This document shows positions 27,649 through 36,077 of a stretch of DNA of 64,000 bases, piece by piece. The notes beneath the pieces are model-generated. The model was not told the DNA's origin. It was given only the letters and a program-made list of their open reading frames with translations, and ran no database searches. The position numbers and the translations under genes were made by a program. Position 1 is the stretch's first letter, and each line of letters begins with the position of its first letter. Source of the stretch: Alphaproteobacteria bacterium. Its GTDB lineage: Bacteria; Pseudomonadota; Alphaproteobacteria; RF32; CAG-239. The stretch lies in assembly GCA_017621635.1 (NCBI GenBank), contig JAGASU010000107.1:239-64238 (forward strand). Direction: 5' to 3'.

Positions 27649-29315
27649 AGCTTTATTCCTTTATAAAACGCGGCTATAAACAACGCCACACCTAAAATGA
27701 AGTAGAAAACCGCCGTATTTTTTTTATTTAATTGCAAAAACAAAGAGATTCCCATACGATCAAGCCTTTCCATAAAAGCTGTGATGACTTTTTCGGATAA
27801 AAACAAATCAACCATCAGCCAGAGAATCCGGCTTATATGAATAAAAGGTGCGACAAATATCCGCCAAAACAGGCTTCGTTGCATTTCCTGCTGTTGGAAT
27901 CCGGCTATTTTATAGAAATTCGCGGCATATTTTCCCAGAGGCGTGGCGGCCAGAAGAAGAAAAGATGAAGCAAAAACGGCTATTTCCTTTGTTTTATCTT
28001 TATAAAAATAAAATCCGGCCAGAAGTATTCCCGCATTAACGACAAAAGAAAGAAAACGCATGGGATTGGGCAACAAAGAATCCAAACGACGGGATATGGT
28101 TGATTTGTATATTTGGCTGATGACTAGACTTATTGCCATGACTAAAATGGCCGAGCAGACAAACAACAACGGATACGACAACGTTGTTGAGAGCCGGTGC
28201 ATTAAAGTTAAAAACAGAGCCGATAAGAGTGTTATTTCCGCAAACAGCGTTTTTAAGGCCAGAGCATTGGTTTCATTTCCGTTTACCATATGAGTTATAT
28301 CATCTTCCCTGTTTTGATAGAGATAAATTTTAAAGAAGAACTGGTTAAACAAATAAACAGCAATAATCAGCAAAGAGACAGATGACTGCCAGACGAATCC
28401 GTTTTGACTAAAAATGCCCATTAGAAGCCCTAAAAAGCTCATATTCAGACAGACCATCTTTTTGCGAAGATATTTTTGCACGATAAAACCTGAGATTCCG
28501 GCTGAAAAAGTCAGAACGGCCATTATTTTAAACAACGGATAAAAAAACGGCGAAACAATCAGCAGATTATACAGTTTTAGAAGTAACAAGACACCGGACA
28601 ATGGTGAAAACAAGAGATTTACCGCGCTCATCCGCTGGAATCTTGTTTCGCTTAAATCCATCAGATAGCCTTGGAATAAAAAACAGCCCATTTTGATAAA
28701 GAGTGCAACTGTGGCCAAAATGCCCGTAAAATTTTTATAACGGCCGACTTCGTGATATTCCCATATGTTGGTTAGTTCAAGGCTTCTGATTTTACCGCAA
28801 ACAAGCGCCAGTATCATAAACAAACACATATCGGCAAAAAAGTTATAGATTACATAACGCCGCGACGAATCGACATCTTTTAAGATAAGATAACCGATAA
28901 TATCCGTGACAAAAACCATGGTTATCAGTTCGATATAGTTCTTTGAACAGATTAAAAGGCTTAAGGATACAAAATTTAAGACAATCAGAGAATCGAACGC
29001 ACTGCGTTTTTCCTCGTATCGAAAAATATTATTATTAAGGATGGTCAGCAGGGAGAGAAAGAACAATGGAATAATAACACGGTTGACTTGTGGCGTGGGT
29101 TGAAAATCTATGCGTATATCGCCCATTTCCGTGCTGTTCCAAAGCAAAGAAAATGCGGTATTTTGGTTATTTATGGCAGCTATTGCATAATCTGCAAACA
29201 AAAACGCTACAACAAAAAACATCATCCACGATACGATTCTGTCATAGCGCATTTTATATTTTATTGAGCCGGCCAGCCCTGCTACCAACAGATATGCCAT
29301 CGTGTTTATTTCCAT
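27645..29315 (-). CDS. NuoL-like antiporter-type membrane subunit, divergent
   Basis: 556 aa and polytopic. Gene order L-M-N and the ATGA overlap with the next gene match the end of nuo operons. Confidence 0.55.
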   Translation of the reverse strand: MEINTMAYLLVAGLAGSIKYKMRYDRIVSWMMFFVVAFLFADYAIAAINNQNTAFSLLWNSTEMGDIRIDFQPTPQVNRVIIPLFFLSLLTILNNNIFRYEEKRSAFDSLIVLNFVSLSLLICSKNYIELITMVFVTDIIGYLILKDVDSSRRYVIYNFFADMCLFMILALVCGKIRSLELTNIWEYHEVGRYKNFTGILATVALFIKMGCFLFQGYLMDLSETRFQRMSAVNLLFSPLSGVLLLLKLYNLLIVSPFFYPLFKIMAVLTFSAGISGFIVQKYLRKKMVCLNMSFLGLLMGIFSQNGFVWQSSVSLLIIAVYLFNQFFFKIYLYQNREDDITHMVNGNETNALALKTLFAEITLLSALFLTLMHRLSTTLSYPLLFVCSAILVMAISLVISQIYKSTISRRLDSLLPNPMRFLSFVVNAGILLAGFYFYKDKTKEIAVFASSFLLLAATPLGKYAANFYKIAGFQQQEMQRSLFWRIFVAPFIHISRILWLMVDLFLSEKVITAFMERLDRMGISLFLQLNKKNTAVFYFILGVALFIAAFYKGIKL

Positions 29316-29344
29316 GACGCCTCCGGCTCTGATATTTTAATTAT

Positions 29345-29662
29345 CTATTTTAAATAAGTGTTTATATCTTTTACAACACGAACCGGAACAACATATTCGC
29401 GGGCGACATCTTCTTTTTCTACCTCTACGATTAACATCGTTGTTACGGATTTTAGCGGCAGGCGCGCGTCTTTGGCGATATTTTTAAACACAACGGCACT
29501 TTCCTTTGAGCGATATAAAAGCGCTGTTTCGCCGCCGTCATACACAAAACGCGGATCTTCCGGACCACCGGCACGCGAATTTATGATGATTAAGATTTCG
29601 CCTTCTTCATTTTGTAAAATATCATATTTGCTTTCTTGATCCAATCCTTGGGCTGTGGACAT
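29345..29662 (-). CDS. Hypothetical soluble protein (105 aa), first gene of the NuoLMN-like operon
   Basis: ORF only; no recognisable motif. It sits 30 nt upstream of the NuoL-like gene. Confidence 0.5.
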   Translation of the reverse strand: MSTAQGLDQESKYDILQNEEGEILIIINSRAGGPEDPRFVYDGGETALLYRSKESAVVFKNIAKDARLPLKSVTTMLIVEVEKEDVAREYVVPVRVVKDINTYLK

Positions 29663-29764
29663 TTTAACCTCATATAATCTATTGTTATTACGTTGTTTAG
29701 GTGTTTAATAACACATAATAGTTAATAAATAAATAGCTAAATGCATTTTTTTTTAATTTTTTTA

Positions 29765-29793
29765 TTGACTATCTAAAAAATATCCTTTATAAA
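29765..29793 (+). promoter_or_regulatory. Sigma70-like promoter of tRNA-Lys
   Basis: TTGACT, 17 nt spacer, TATAAA, ending about 17 nt before the mature tRNA 5' end. Confidence 0.6.
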
Positions 29794-29809
29794 CCCATTT
29801 CAGTTGTGA

Positions 29810-29885
29810 GGGCTCGTAGCTCAGTCGGTAGAGCATTTGACTTTTAATCAAAGGGTCATGGGTTCGAATCCCGTCGAGCTCACCA
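29810..29885 (+). tRNA. tRNA-Lys (anticodon UUU), CCA encoded
   Basis: Hand-folded cloverleaf: acceptor GGGCTCG/CGAGCTC, D arm GCTC..GAGC, anticodon stem TTTGA/TCAAA with loop CTTTTAA, T arm ATGGG-TTCGAAT-CCCGT. Confidence 0.93.
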
Positions 29886-29894
29886 CTAAAATCA

Positions 29895-29930
29895 AGGGTT
29901 TAGGCGGATTGTCTAAGCCCTTTGTTTTTT
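29895..29930 (+). terminator. Intrinsic terminator after tRNA-Lys
   Basis: AGGGTTTAG..CTAAGCCCT 9-bp stem (one G-U pair) followed by TTTGTTTTTT. Confidence 0.7.
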
Positions 29931-30476
29931 CGGTGCTACACAGGTGCTACATTTTAATAGCCTACTTTATCAGCTTTTCCGAATCCCCACATTAAAAACA
30001 TCATGTAAAATCAATCAATTACAATTTGTAATCATTCTATGATAAATAGAGGTGCAAGCATTTTAATTTTGACAGGGTGCACTCTGTTATGTTAATATGC
30101 TGCTGTGTCGGTGGTGTCAGGGATTATCCATCACCGACAGATAATCCCAAATATATCAAGGCTCAGTTAATAGGTTCAGGCAAATATGACGAGCAAAATG
30201 TATATCCACTGTTTTTTCCATTATTTTTCTCCCTAGTTCTCTTTTACAGCATTATTAGTTTCAGCTTCCTTAATGCCTGCTTTAATAAGGATAAAATCTT
30301 CTATTGCCTGCATAGGACTGAATATAGCCCGCGATGATGCTTTCATGCAGCTCTCTATACTTTGTAACATCCTCTTTTTGTGTTTGTGTGTGAGGCGGAA
30401 TTTAAGAAAATTGTGATTGACTTATTCTAAGAATTTAATTTATTCTTATGGGATTAATATAATGGAGGCGGTTAAT

Positions 30477-32195
30477 ATGAATAAAAAAGTTTTTGCGTTT
30501 GTTTTTTTGCTTTTAGTCGGTGCATTATTGCCGTCCGGTGTTTGGGCGATGGAAGAGTATTTGTTGAAACATAATCTGCTTGAGAAATATCAGCAGAAAG
30601 TTCAAGAAATTAAAGACGACAAAACTTTTACCGACAGACTTGATGTATTGGATAATTCTATTGTATTAACGATAAGCAGCCCTTTAAACGAAGCATATAA
30701 ACTTGCTTATTTATCTATCCTCTTGGATAAATTTCCTTTTAATAATTTTAAGGATAATACGGTATTTGAACCACAATATGCGGTTCGATATGACCCGTTA
30801 GGAAGTATACGGTATTTAGAAAGTCTTGAAAGCAAAACGCCTGCGCAAAATTTTCAGTTGATGGTTTTATTGCAAGCCTATCAGCCCGAAAAAGTTGCGA
30901 CTATATCATATAAAAAGGCGGCTGAAGAAAGCCATAATGATTTATTGGAATATTTTAAAGCTGAGAAATGGCAGTCCAGTTGGAGAGAGGAAGAATATCT
31001 GGATAGAATTGGAGATGATTATCAGGTATGTTATGCAGATTTAAAATGTTTGCTTGATATTATTCCGCATTGGCGAAATTGGTCTGAAGATATGGCTGTT
31101 TATATACCTTGTGAGACAGCACAAAAATATCATAAAGTGGCATATTTTGATGTAGCAGGCGGTGGGCATGGCGCGCAAAGTTTTATGATTTCGGATTGCG
31201 AGTTATATTCCAAATATAACTATGATGCTGATTTAGATTCTTTTATGTATATGTTGTTTCGAGAAGGGATGGAAGAATCCAGTGGAACTATTCGTTTTTT
31301 GTATCAGGCGAGAGCAGTGTATAATGCACTTATGCGACAGTATTTTCCTGATTTTGAGATTGAACAACAGGAAAGATGGGACAATTTTGCTTATACACAA
31401 TGGGCTGTGCTGTCATACTATAACTTTGCGAAGTATAACGAAGTGTTAAATTATGGTATCGGGTATAAAAAAGCTTTGGAAAAATTAGCTGATTATTATA
31501 CTAAAACTTTTGGGGTATCTGCAAAAAAGGCATACAATGCGGCGTTGTATGTATTGAAAATGCCCTCAATGGAATCTTGGGATTTGATTACTCCTGATAA
31601 CTTAAATTATATGCTCTTAACCGGTCGTGTGTGGAAAGAAATTGAAGCGAATTATCCGGATTTGAAAAATTATAAAGAACTATTGAATTTAAGTATTGCG
31701 TATCCTGATAATTTGAAAGAGATTATCAGGTTAGGTAAAAATGAACAAGATTTTGATATTGATTATCCGAATTGGTTCGGAAAGACACCCTTAATGGTTG
31801 CTGCGCAATACGGGTATTTAGATAGCGTGAAGCTGTTGCTCGAAAACGGAGCGGATATTAACAAACAGACGGTTGAAGATGAAGATTGCGGAGAATATGA
31901 TAAACATTTATGTATTAACCATGGTAAACGCAGTGCTTTGATGTATGCGGCACAAGAGGGGCAGTATGAAGTGGTTAAATATTTGCTTGCAAAAGGAGCT
32001 GATGTCAATTTACAGGATACGAAAGGATTACGCGCGTATGATTATATGCTTGGAACAAAGCTGACTTATAACCCGCATTATAAACCGACGATTAACGGTG
32101 GAGATTCGGATTATTGGGACGAAGAAAAAAGAAAAAGCGCCTTTCCTTTAGAACAGATTTTAGAACTGACTCCGTTGCTCAAGGTTGAAGAATAA
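30477..32195 (+). CDS. Secreted ankyrin-repeat protein
   Basis: ATG at 30477 with a GGAGG SD. Signal peptide MNKKVFAFVFLLLVGALLPSGVWA. C-terminal ANK repeats GKTPLMVAAQYGYLDSVKLLLENGADIN and RSALMYAAQEGQYEVVKYLLAKGADVN. Confidence 0.8.
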   Translation: MNKKVFAFVFLLLVGALLPSGVWAMEEYLLKHNLLEKYQQKVQEIKDDKTFTDRLDVLDNSIVLTISSPLNEAYKLAYLSILLDKFPFNNFKDNTVFEPQYAVRYDPLGSIRYLESLESKTPAQNFQLMVLLQAYQPEKVATISYKKAAEESHNDLLEYFKAEKWQSSWREEEYLDRIGDDYQVCYADLKCLLDIIPHWRNWSEDMAVYIPCETAQKYHKVAYFDVAGGGHGAQSFMISDCELYSKYNYDADLDSFMYMLFREGMEESSGTIRFLYQARAVYNALMRQYFPDFEIEQQERWDNFAYTQWAVLSYYNFAKYNEVLNYGIGYKKALEKLADYYTKTFGVSAKKAYNAALYVLKMPSMESWDLITPDNLNYMLLTGRVWKEIEANYPDLKNYKELLNLSIAYPDNLKEIIRLGKNEQDFDIDYPNWFGKTPLMVAAQYGYLDSVKLLLENGADINKQTVEDEDCGEYDKHLCINHGKRSALMYAAQEGQYEVVKYLLAKGADVNLQDTKGLRAYDYMLGTKLTYNPHYKPTINGGDSDYWDEEKRKSAFPLEQILELTPLLKVEE

Positions 32196-32290
32196 CTGTT
32201 CTTTGAACCTTATATCAAATTTTACAAGTTTTGGTATTTTTGAAAGTCTTTAAGGTGGGGATAAAAAATTTTTATTACTGCCTTTACTTA

Positions 32291-32318
32291 TTTACATTTT
32301 TATATTTTCGCATATAAT
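32291..32318 (+). promoter_or_regulatory. Sigma70-like promoter of the radical SAM gene
   Basis: TTTACA, 16 nt spacer, TATAAT. Confidence 0.5.
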
Positions 32319-32356
32319 GCCTTTTTATAGGATTGTATTTATCTGGAGGATAAAAG

Positions 32357-33313
32357 ATGCGGACGATTAAGACCCATACGGGGAAGATTTATGTTGACGA
32401 TGAGCGGAAGCTTGAGTTTTTGACGGTGGGGGATTATGGGAAAGAGAATAATATCAAAGCGGCATTTTTGGGGCTTAACAAAGAAATAAACGGGGTCAAA
32501 CATAAGCCTGTTGATTTGAGAAACAAGTGGGTTGCGACCATCAGCACACAAAAGGGTTGTTTGATGAAGTGTATGTTTTGCGATTGCCCAAAATATGGCT
32601 TTCACGGCAACGCCTCTCTTGAAGACTTGGAATATGAGATTGATACGATTTTAAGAAATGAAACAGTCGGGCAGACAAAGCGCTTTAATGTCCATTTTGC
32701 AAGGATGGGGGAGCCGACTTTTAACCCTAATGTCTTGACGTTTACGCGTGAGAAATTGCGGGGGCTTGTGAATAAATATATCAAAGCAGATACCATTCAT
32801 CCGGTTGTTTCGACGATGTTGCCTAAGGAAAACAAGAATCTGGCAAACTTTATTTTAGAATGGTGCGATATTAAAAATATTGACTATCATGGCGAGGCGG
32901 GCTTGCAGTTTAGCATTAACTCAACAGATGAAGCACAAAGACAGTATCAGTTTAACCATAAGAGTTTAAGTTTGACGGAAATTTCCGCATTAGCAAAAAG
33001 ATTGCCGCAACCTGTCGGGCGCAAATATACACTTAATTTTGCCGTTACGAAAGATACGATTTTGGAAGCAGGCAGACTGACAGAACTCTTTAGTCCTGAT
33101 ATGTTTATTGTCAAAATAACTCCTATCCATGAAACACATTCGGCCGTGCAAAACGGTTTTGATGTGACGACGTGTTATGATGACTATGATGTTTATCGTC
33201 AATTTGAGCAGCCTTTGCTCAAAGCTGGCTGGGATGTGATTGTGTTTGTACCCAGCCGTGAAGAAGACAGCGACCGCATTACCTGCGGCAACGCTTTGAT
33301 TGCCGGTGTATAA
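32357..33313 (+). CDS. Radical SAM enzyme, distant RlmN/Cfr-like architecture
   Basis: CLMKCMFC (CX3CX2C), RMGEPTFN, VKITPIH and C-terminal DRITCGNAL, which parallel RlmN GCxxxCxFC, MGMGEPL, NLIPxN and AACGQL. Confidence 0.6.
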   Translation: MRTIKTHTGKIYVDDERKLEFLTVGDYGKENNIKAAFLGLNKEINGVKHKPVDLRNKWVATISTQKGCLMKCMFCDCPKYGFHGNASLEDLEYEIDTILRNETVGQTKRFNVHFARMGEPTFNPNVLTFTREKLRGLVNKYIKADTIHPVVSTMLPKENKNLANFILEWCDIKNIDYHGEAGLQFSINSTDEAQRQYQFNHKSLSLTEISALAKRLPQPVGRKYTLNFAVTKDTILEAGRLTELFSPDMFIVKITPIHETHSAVQNGFDVTTCYDDYDVYRQFEQPLLKAGWDVIVFVPSREEDSDRITCGNALIAGV

Positions 33314-33411
33314 TCTGACGTTTTTTGTTTTAAAATGTATTTGACTTCATTTTTGTTTGTGGTAATGTTGAAGCGATATTTGATTATTGTTTAATTTTTA
33401 AAATATTTCGT

Positions 33412-33912
33412 ATGGAATTGTTATCTAATTTTGTATGTTTTCATCAATATACATGGTGGAAACGAACGAGAATTTGCTGGTTTGAAAAGCATTTTGACTA
33501 TCCGGTTGTATATGATGACGGATTAGTCAGCCAGCGTGTAACTGACTTTGAAGGCAGGAAACCTTTAGGAATTTTGTTTAGAGACTTTGTTTTTTCTCTT
33601 CAGGGATTTGAAAAACAAGTTAAAACTGAAGAAGCCAAGGATTATTGCCGCAGCATTACTTTTGCCGGTATCGGTTGCGAAGTCCCTTCTTGGGAGTTAC
33701 TTGATGCGATTAAAAGTGAATGGAAAAAAGTTAACTCTTTGCTTAGCCTGCTTGGCGGCAAACCGTTTCAAAACGCGTGGTATCTGGTGTTAGGATATAG
33801 TCAGGATGATCAGTATTCATGTATCCATTTTTTATACCCCGACCGTTCGGTATATTATCCTGAATTAGAGAGTAAGATTTGGGTTCGTCCGGTTTTCCAT
33901 TTATCGCTTTAA
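33412..33912 (+). CDS. Hypothetical protein, DUF1566 (Lcl C-terminal)-like
   Basis: EEAKDYCRS..CEVPSWELLDAI..AWYLVLGYS..IWVRPVF resembles the DUF1566 pattern. No obvious SD, so the start is uncertain. Confidence 0.4.
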   Translation: MELLSNFVCFHQYTWWKRTRICWFEKHFDYPVVYDDGLVSQRVTDFEGRKPLGILFRDFVFSLQGFEKQVKTEEAKDYCRSITFAGIGCEVPSWELLDAIKSEWKKVNSLLSLLGGKPFQNAWYLVLGYSQDDQYSCIHFLYPDRSVYYPELESKIWVRPVFHLSL

Positions 33913-33913
33913 A

Positions 33914-33951
33914 AGCCCTGCCCTGTATTATAGATACAGGGCTTTTTTTTT
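33914..33951. terminator. Intrinsic terminator (bidirectional context)
   Basis: AGCCCTG..CAGGGCT hairpin flanked by A4 and T9. Confidence 0.7.
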
Positions 33952-33958
33952 ATTTCGG

Positions 33959-34326
33959 TTATGATTGATAAGGAATGCTTCGCATAAGTTATGGATTGCC
34001 GCGCGTATGTGTGACTGACGTCACGGACGCTCGCAATGACTCATGGAGAAGGACGTTTGTATTGAGGGGCTTGTTCTGCTCTAGCAGCACTAAGAGAAGT
34101 TTGTACCGCTACGAAAAGCTATGCTTTTCTACTTGTACGAACAACTAACCTTTGCTTCGGTCGTTCCTCCCTAGCAAAGCTAAGAGAAGTTTGCCGCGGC
34201 GATATGTGACTTACGTCACGTGCCTCGCAATGACTCGAGAGGGAAACTGTTAGAAAGGCTGGCGTCGCGGGGCTTGTAATGACTCGAGTTGAGCGCGTCT
34301 TTCAACAAAATTGTTTAATTAAGCTT
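33959..34326. repeat. Composite array of REP-like hairpin modules ending in one MITE terminal repeat (copy E)
   Basis: Contains GTTATGGATTGC..GTGAC-TGAC-GTCAC..CTCGCAATGACTC, two AGCAAAGCTAAGAGAAGTTTGC-type hairpins, GAAAAGC-TAT-GCTTTTC and the right TIR TTTCAACAAAATTGTTTAA. Confidence 0.8.
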
Positions 34327-35037
34327 TTATTTTAAAAACGTTTGAAATTCCTGCAATGCCTCAGCGTTTATGGTGTGCGACATATTAGGGATTTCTTGAA
34401 TGACGGGAGATATTTTTAAGGCGTTTAAGGTTTGGCGGGTTAAATCCAGACTGTCTTTTGGGATGACGTTATCTTTATCGCCTTGGATGAGCAAAATATT
34501 CGGGAGATTTTTAACATAAGAGGGCGTAAAATCCGGAGTAAAGACAAGCGGCACACCGGAAAGAGAGATAACTTTTCCGAGCGGGGCTTCATAAGTCAGC
34601 GCGCTTAAAAGCGCCATTAATCCGCCTTGGGAGAAGCCTGCTATGTCTATATTTTCGTAAGCGATGTTTTGCGTTTGGCGGATTTCTTTGACTAATTTAT
34701 GCAGATGTTTGGTGTTACGCAGCGCGTCTTTCATCATCTCCTGATAAATATCTTCCCTTGACATTCCCTCGCCCAGTTCAGGGATAACAAACCATTGATA
34801 ACCGGCATAAGGTGCTTTATCCGGCGCGGTCGGAAAATAAAAAGCCGTATCGGGAAAGAGCGGTTCCAGCCGCTCTTTTATCCATACCATTGTTTCGCCT
34901 GAACCGCTGTAACCGTGAATAAGGATTAGGGCGCGGGTTGGATTTTCGGGAATATAAGATTTTGTTTCTAAAGCATTAGCTGAGAAATTTAATAAAAATG
35001 TTAATGTTACGACAAGGGTGCAAAACAGTTTTTTCAT
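34327..35037 (-). CDS. Secreted alpha/beta hydrolase, phospholipase/carboxylesterase family
   Basis: Signal peptide, nucleophile elbow GFSQGG, and a late D and H (GDKDNVIP, SHTI). Confidence 0.8.
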   Translation of the reverse strand: MKKLFCTLVVTLTFLLNFSANALETKSYIPENPTRALILIHGYSGSGETMVWIKERLEPLFPDTAFYFPTAPDKAPYAGYQWFVIPELGEGMSREDIYQEMMKDALRNTKHLHKLVKEIRQTQNIAYENIDIAGFSQGGLMALLSALTYEAPLGKVISLSGVPLVFTPDFTPSYVKNLPNILLIQGDKDNVIPKDSLDLTRQTLNALKISPVIQEIPNMSHTINAEALQEFQTFLK

Positions 35038-35087
35038 TTTCAGACTCCTTTTTGTTTATTATAGGGGGAAAATGGTTAAAGGAGAGT

Positions 35088-36077
35088 TTATTTCCGGTGG
35101 CTGCCGTAACCGGTGCCGATAGTGCGGTTGATGGAGAGGATTTTTTGCACGACGGCGCTTTTGGTGTGGGCGGGGGCTGTTTGCGTGCAGTCTTTATTAG
35201 GGTATAGTTCGTAGAGTTTACGATATTCTCCTTCATTTACATTTGGCATAACGACGTTGGCGCCGGCTTTCAGCGCCTGTATGCGCCCGTTGGGAGCCAA
35301 ACTTTCCATTGCCGTGGTGGCGGGAATATTAATATCCGGTAACAGTAGGCGCATTATTGCCATGGTGCGCAGGGAGAGGTTCAGCGTGCCGCCCTTTTCT
35401 TTGGCCAAAGGGGTCTGTGGGTGCGGGATAAACGGACCGATACCGGCCATATCCACGCCTATTTCTTTTAAAAACAACAAATCCTCGGCGATACTTTCAA
35501 TGCTTTGTTCCGGCAGGCCGACCATTATGCCCGAGCCTAATTCATAGCCTAATTCCTTAATTGTGAGCAGGCACTCGTAGCGGTGTTGCCAGCTCATTTT
35601 GGGGTCAAGTTTATGATATAGAGCTTTGTCGGTGGTTTCGATACGCATTAAATAACGGTCAGCACCGGCGGCGCGGAACGCTTTGTATTCCTCATACGTC
35701 CGCCCGCCGATACTCAAGGTTATGGCGACATCAAACTTTTTGATGGCTTCAATAATGCGACACATCCGGCTTGTATCATAATACATATCTTCGCCTGATT
35801 GCATAACAATTGTTTTAAAGCCTAAGTTTACCGCACGGCGGGCGGTTTCTATCACTTCATCCTCGCTCATCCGGTAACGGACGGCTTTGGCGTTGCCGCG
35901 GCGGATACCGCAATAAAGGCAATTATTGCGACAGATATTGGAAAACTCTATCAGCCCGCGCAAGTGTACTTCATCACCGACGTATTGGCGGCGCACTTTA
36001 TCTGCTTTGTCAAATAAGTCTTGCTGGTGGGTTTCATCTTTAAGCAGAGCTATAATCTCATCTTTAGTCAGAGACAT
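35088..36077 (-). CDS. hydE: Radical SAM enzyme, [FeFe]-hydrogenase maturase HydE-like (BioB/HydE family)
   Basis: VHLRGLIEFSNICRNNCLYCGIRRGN is the HydE-type CX3CX2C context. The start was moved to the ATG at 36077 (MSLTKDEIIALLK); the 5' extension in the ORF track overlaps mnmA. Confidence 0.7.
   Translation of the reverse strand: MSLTKDEIIALLKDETHQQDLFDKADKVRRQYVGDEVHLRGLIEFSNICRNNCLYCGIRRGNAKAVRYRMSEDEVIETARRAVNLGFKTIVMQSGEDMYYDTSRMCRIIEAIKKFDVAITLSIGGRTYEEYKAFRAAGADRYLMRIETTDKALYHKLDPKMSWQHRYECLLTIKELGYELGSGIMVGLPEQSIESIAEDLLFLKEIGVDMAGIGPFIPHPQTPLAKEKGGTLNLSLRTMAIMRLLLPDINIPATTAMESLAPNGRIQALKAGANVVMPNVNEGEYRKLYELYPNKDCTQTAPAHTKSAVVQKILSINRTIGTGYGSHRK

Noticed and set aside
24799-29315. 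NuoL/M/N-like genes, considered as the tail of a normal complex I operon
   Set aside because: No nuoA-K genes lie upstream; there is only a soluble 105-aa ORF and then a tRNA on the other strand. The conserved charged motifs also look substituted.
33959-34326. Hairpin-module clusters (also 63630-64000), considered as CRISPR or other guide-RNA arrays
   Set aside because: There is no constant repeat/spacer periodicity. The modules are of several types with irregular spacing, no cas-like genes are present, and the same units occur singly elsewhere.
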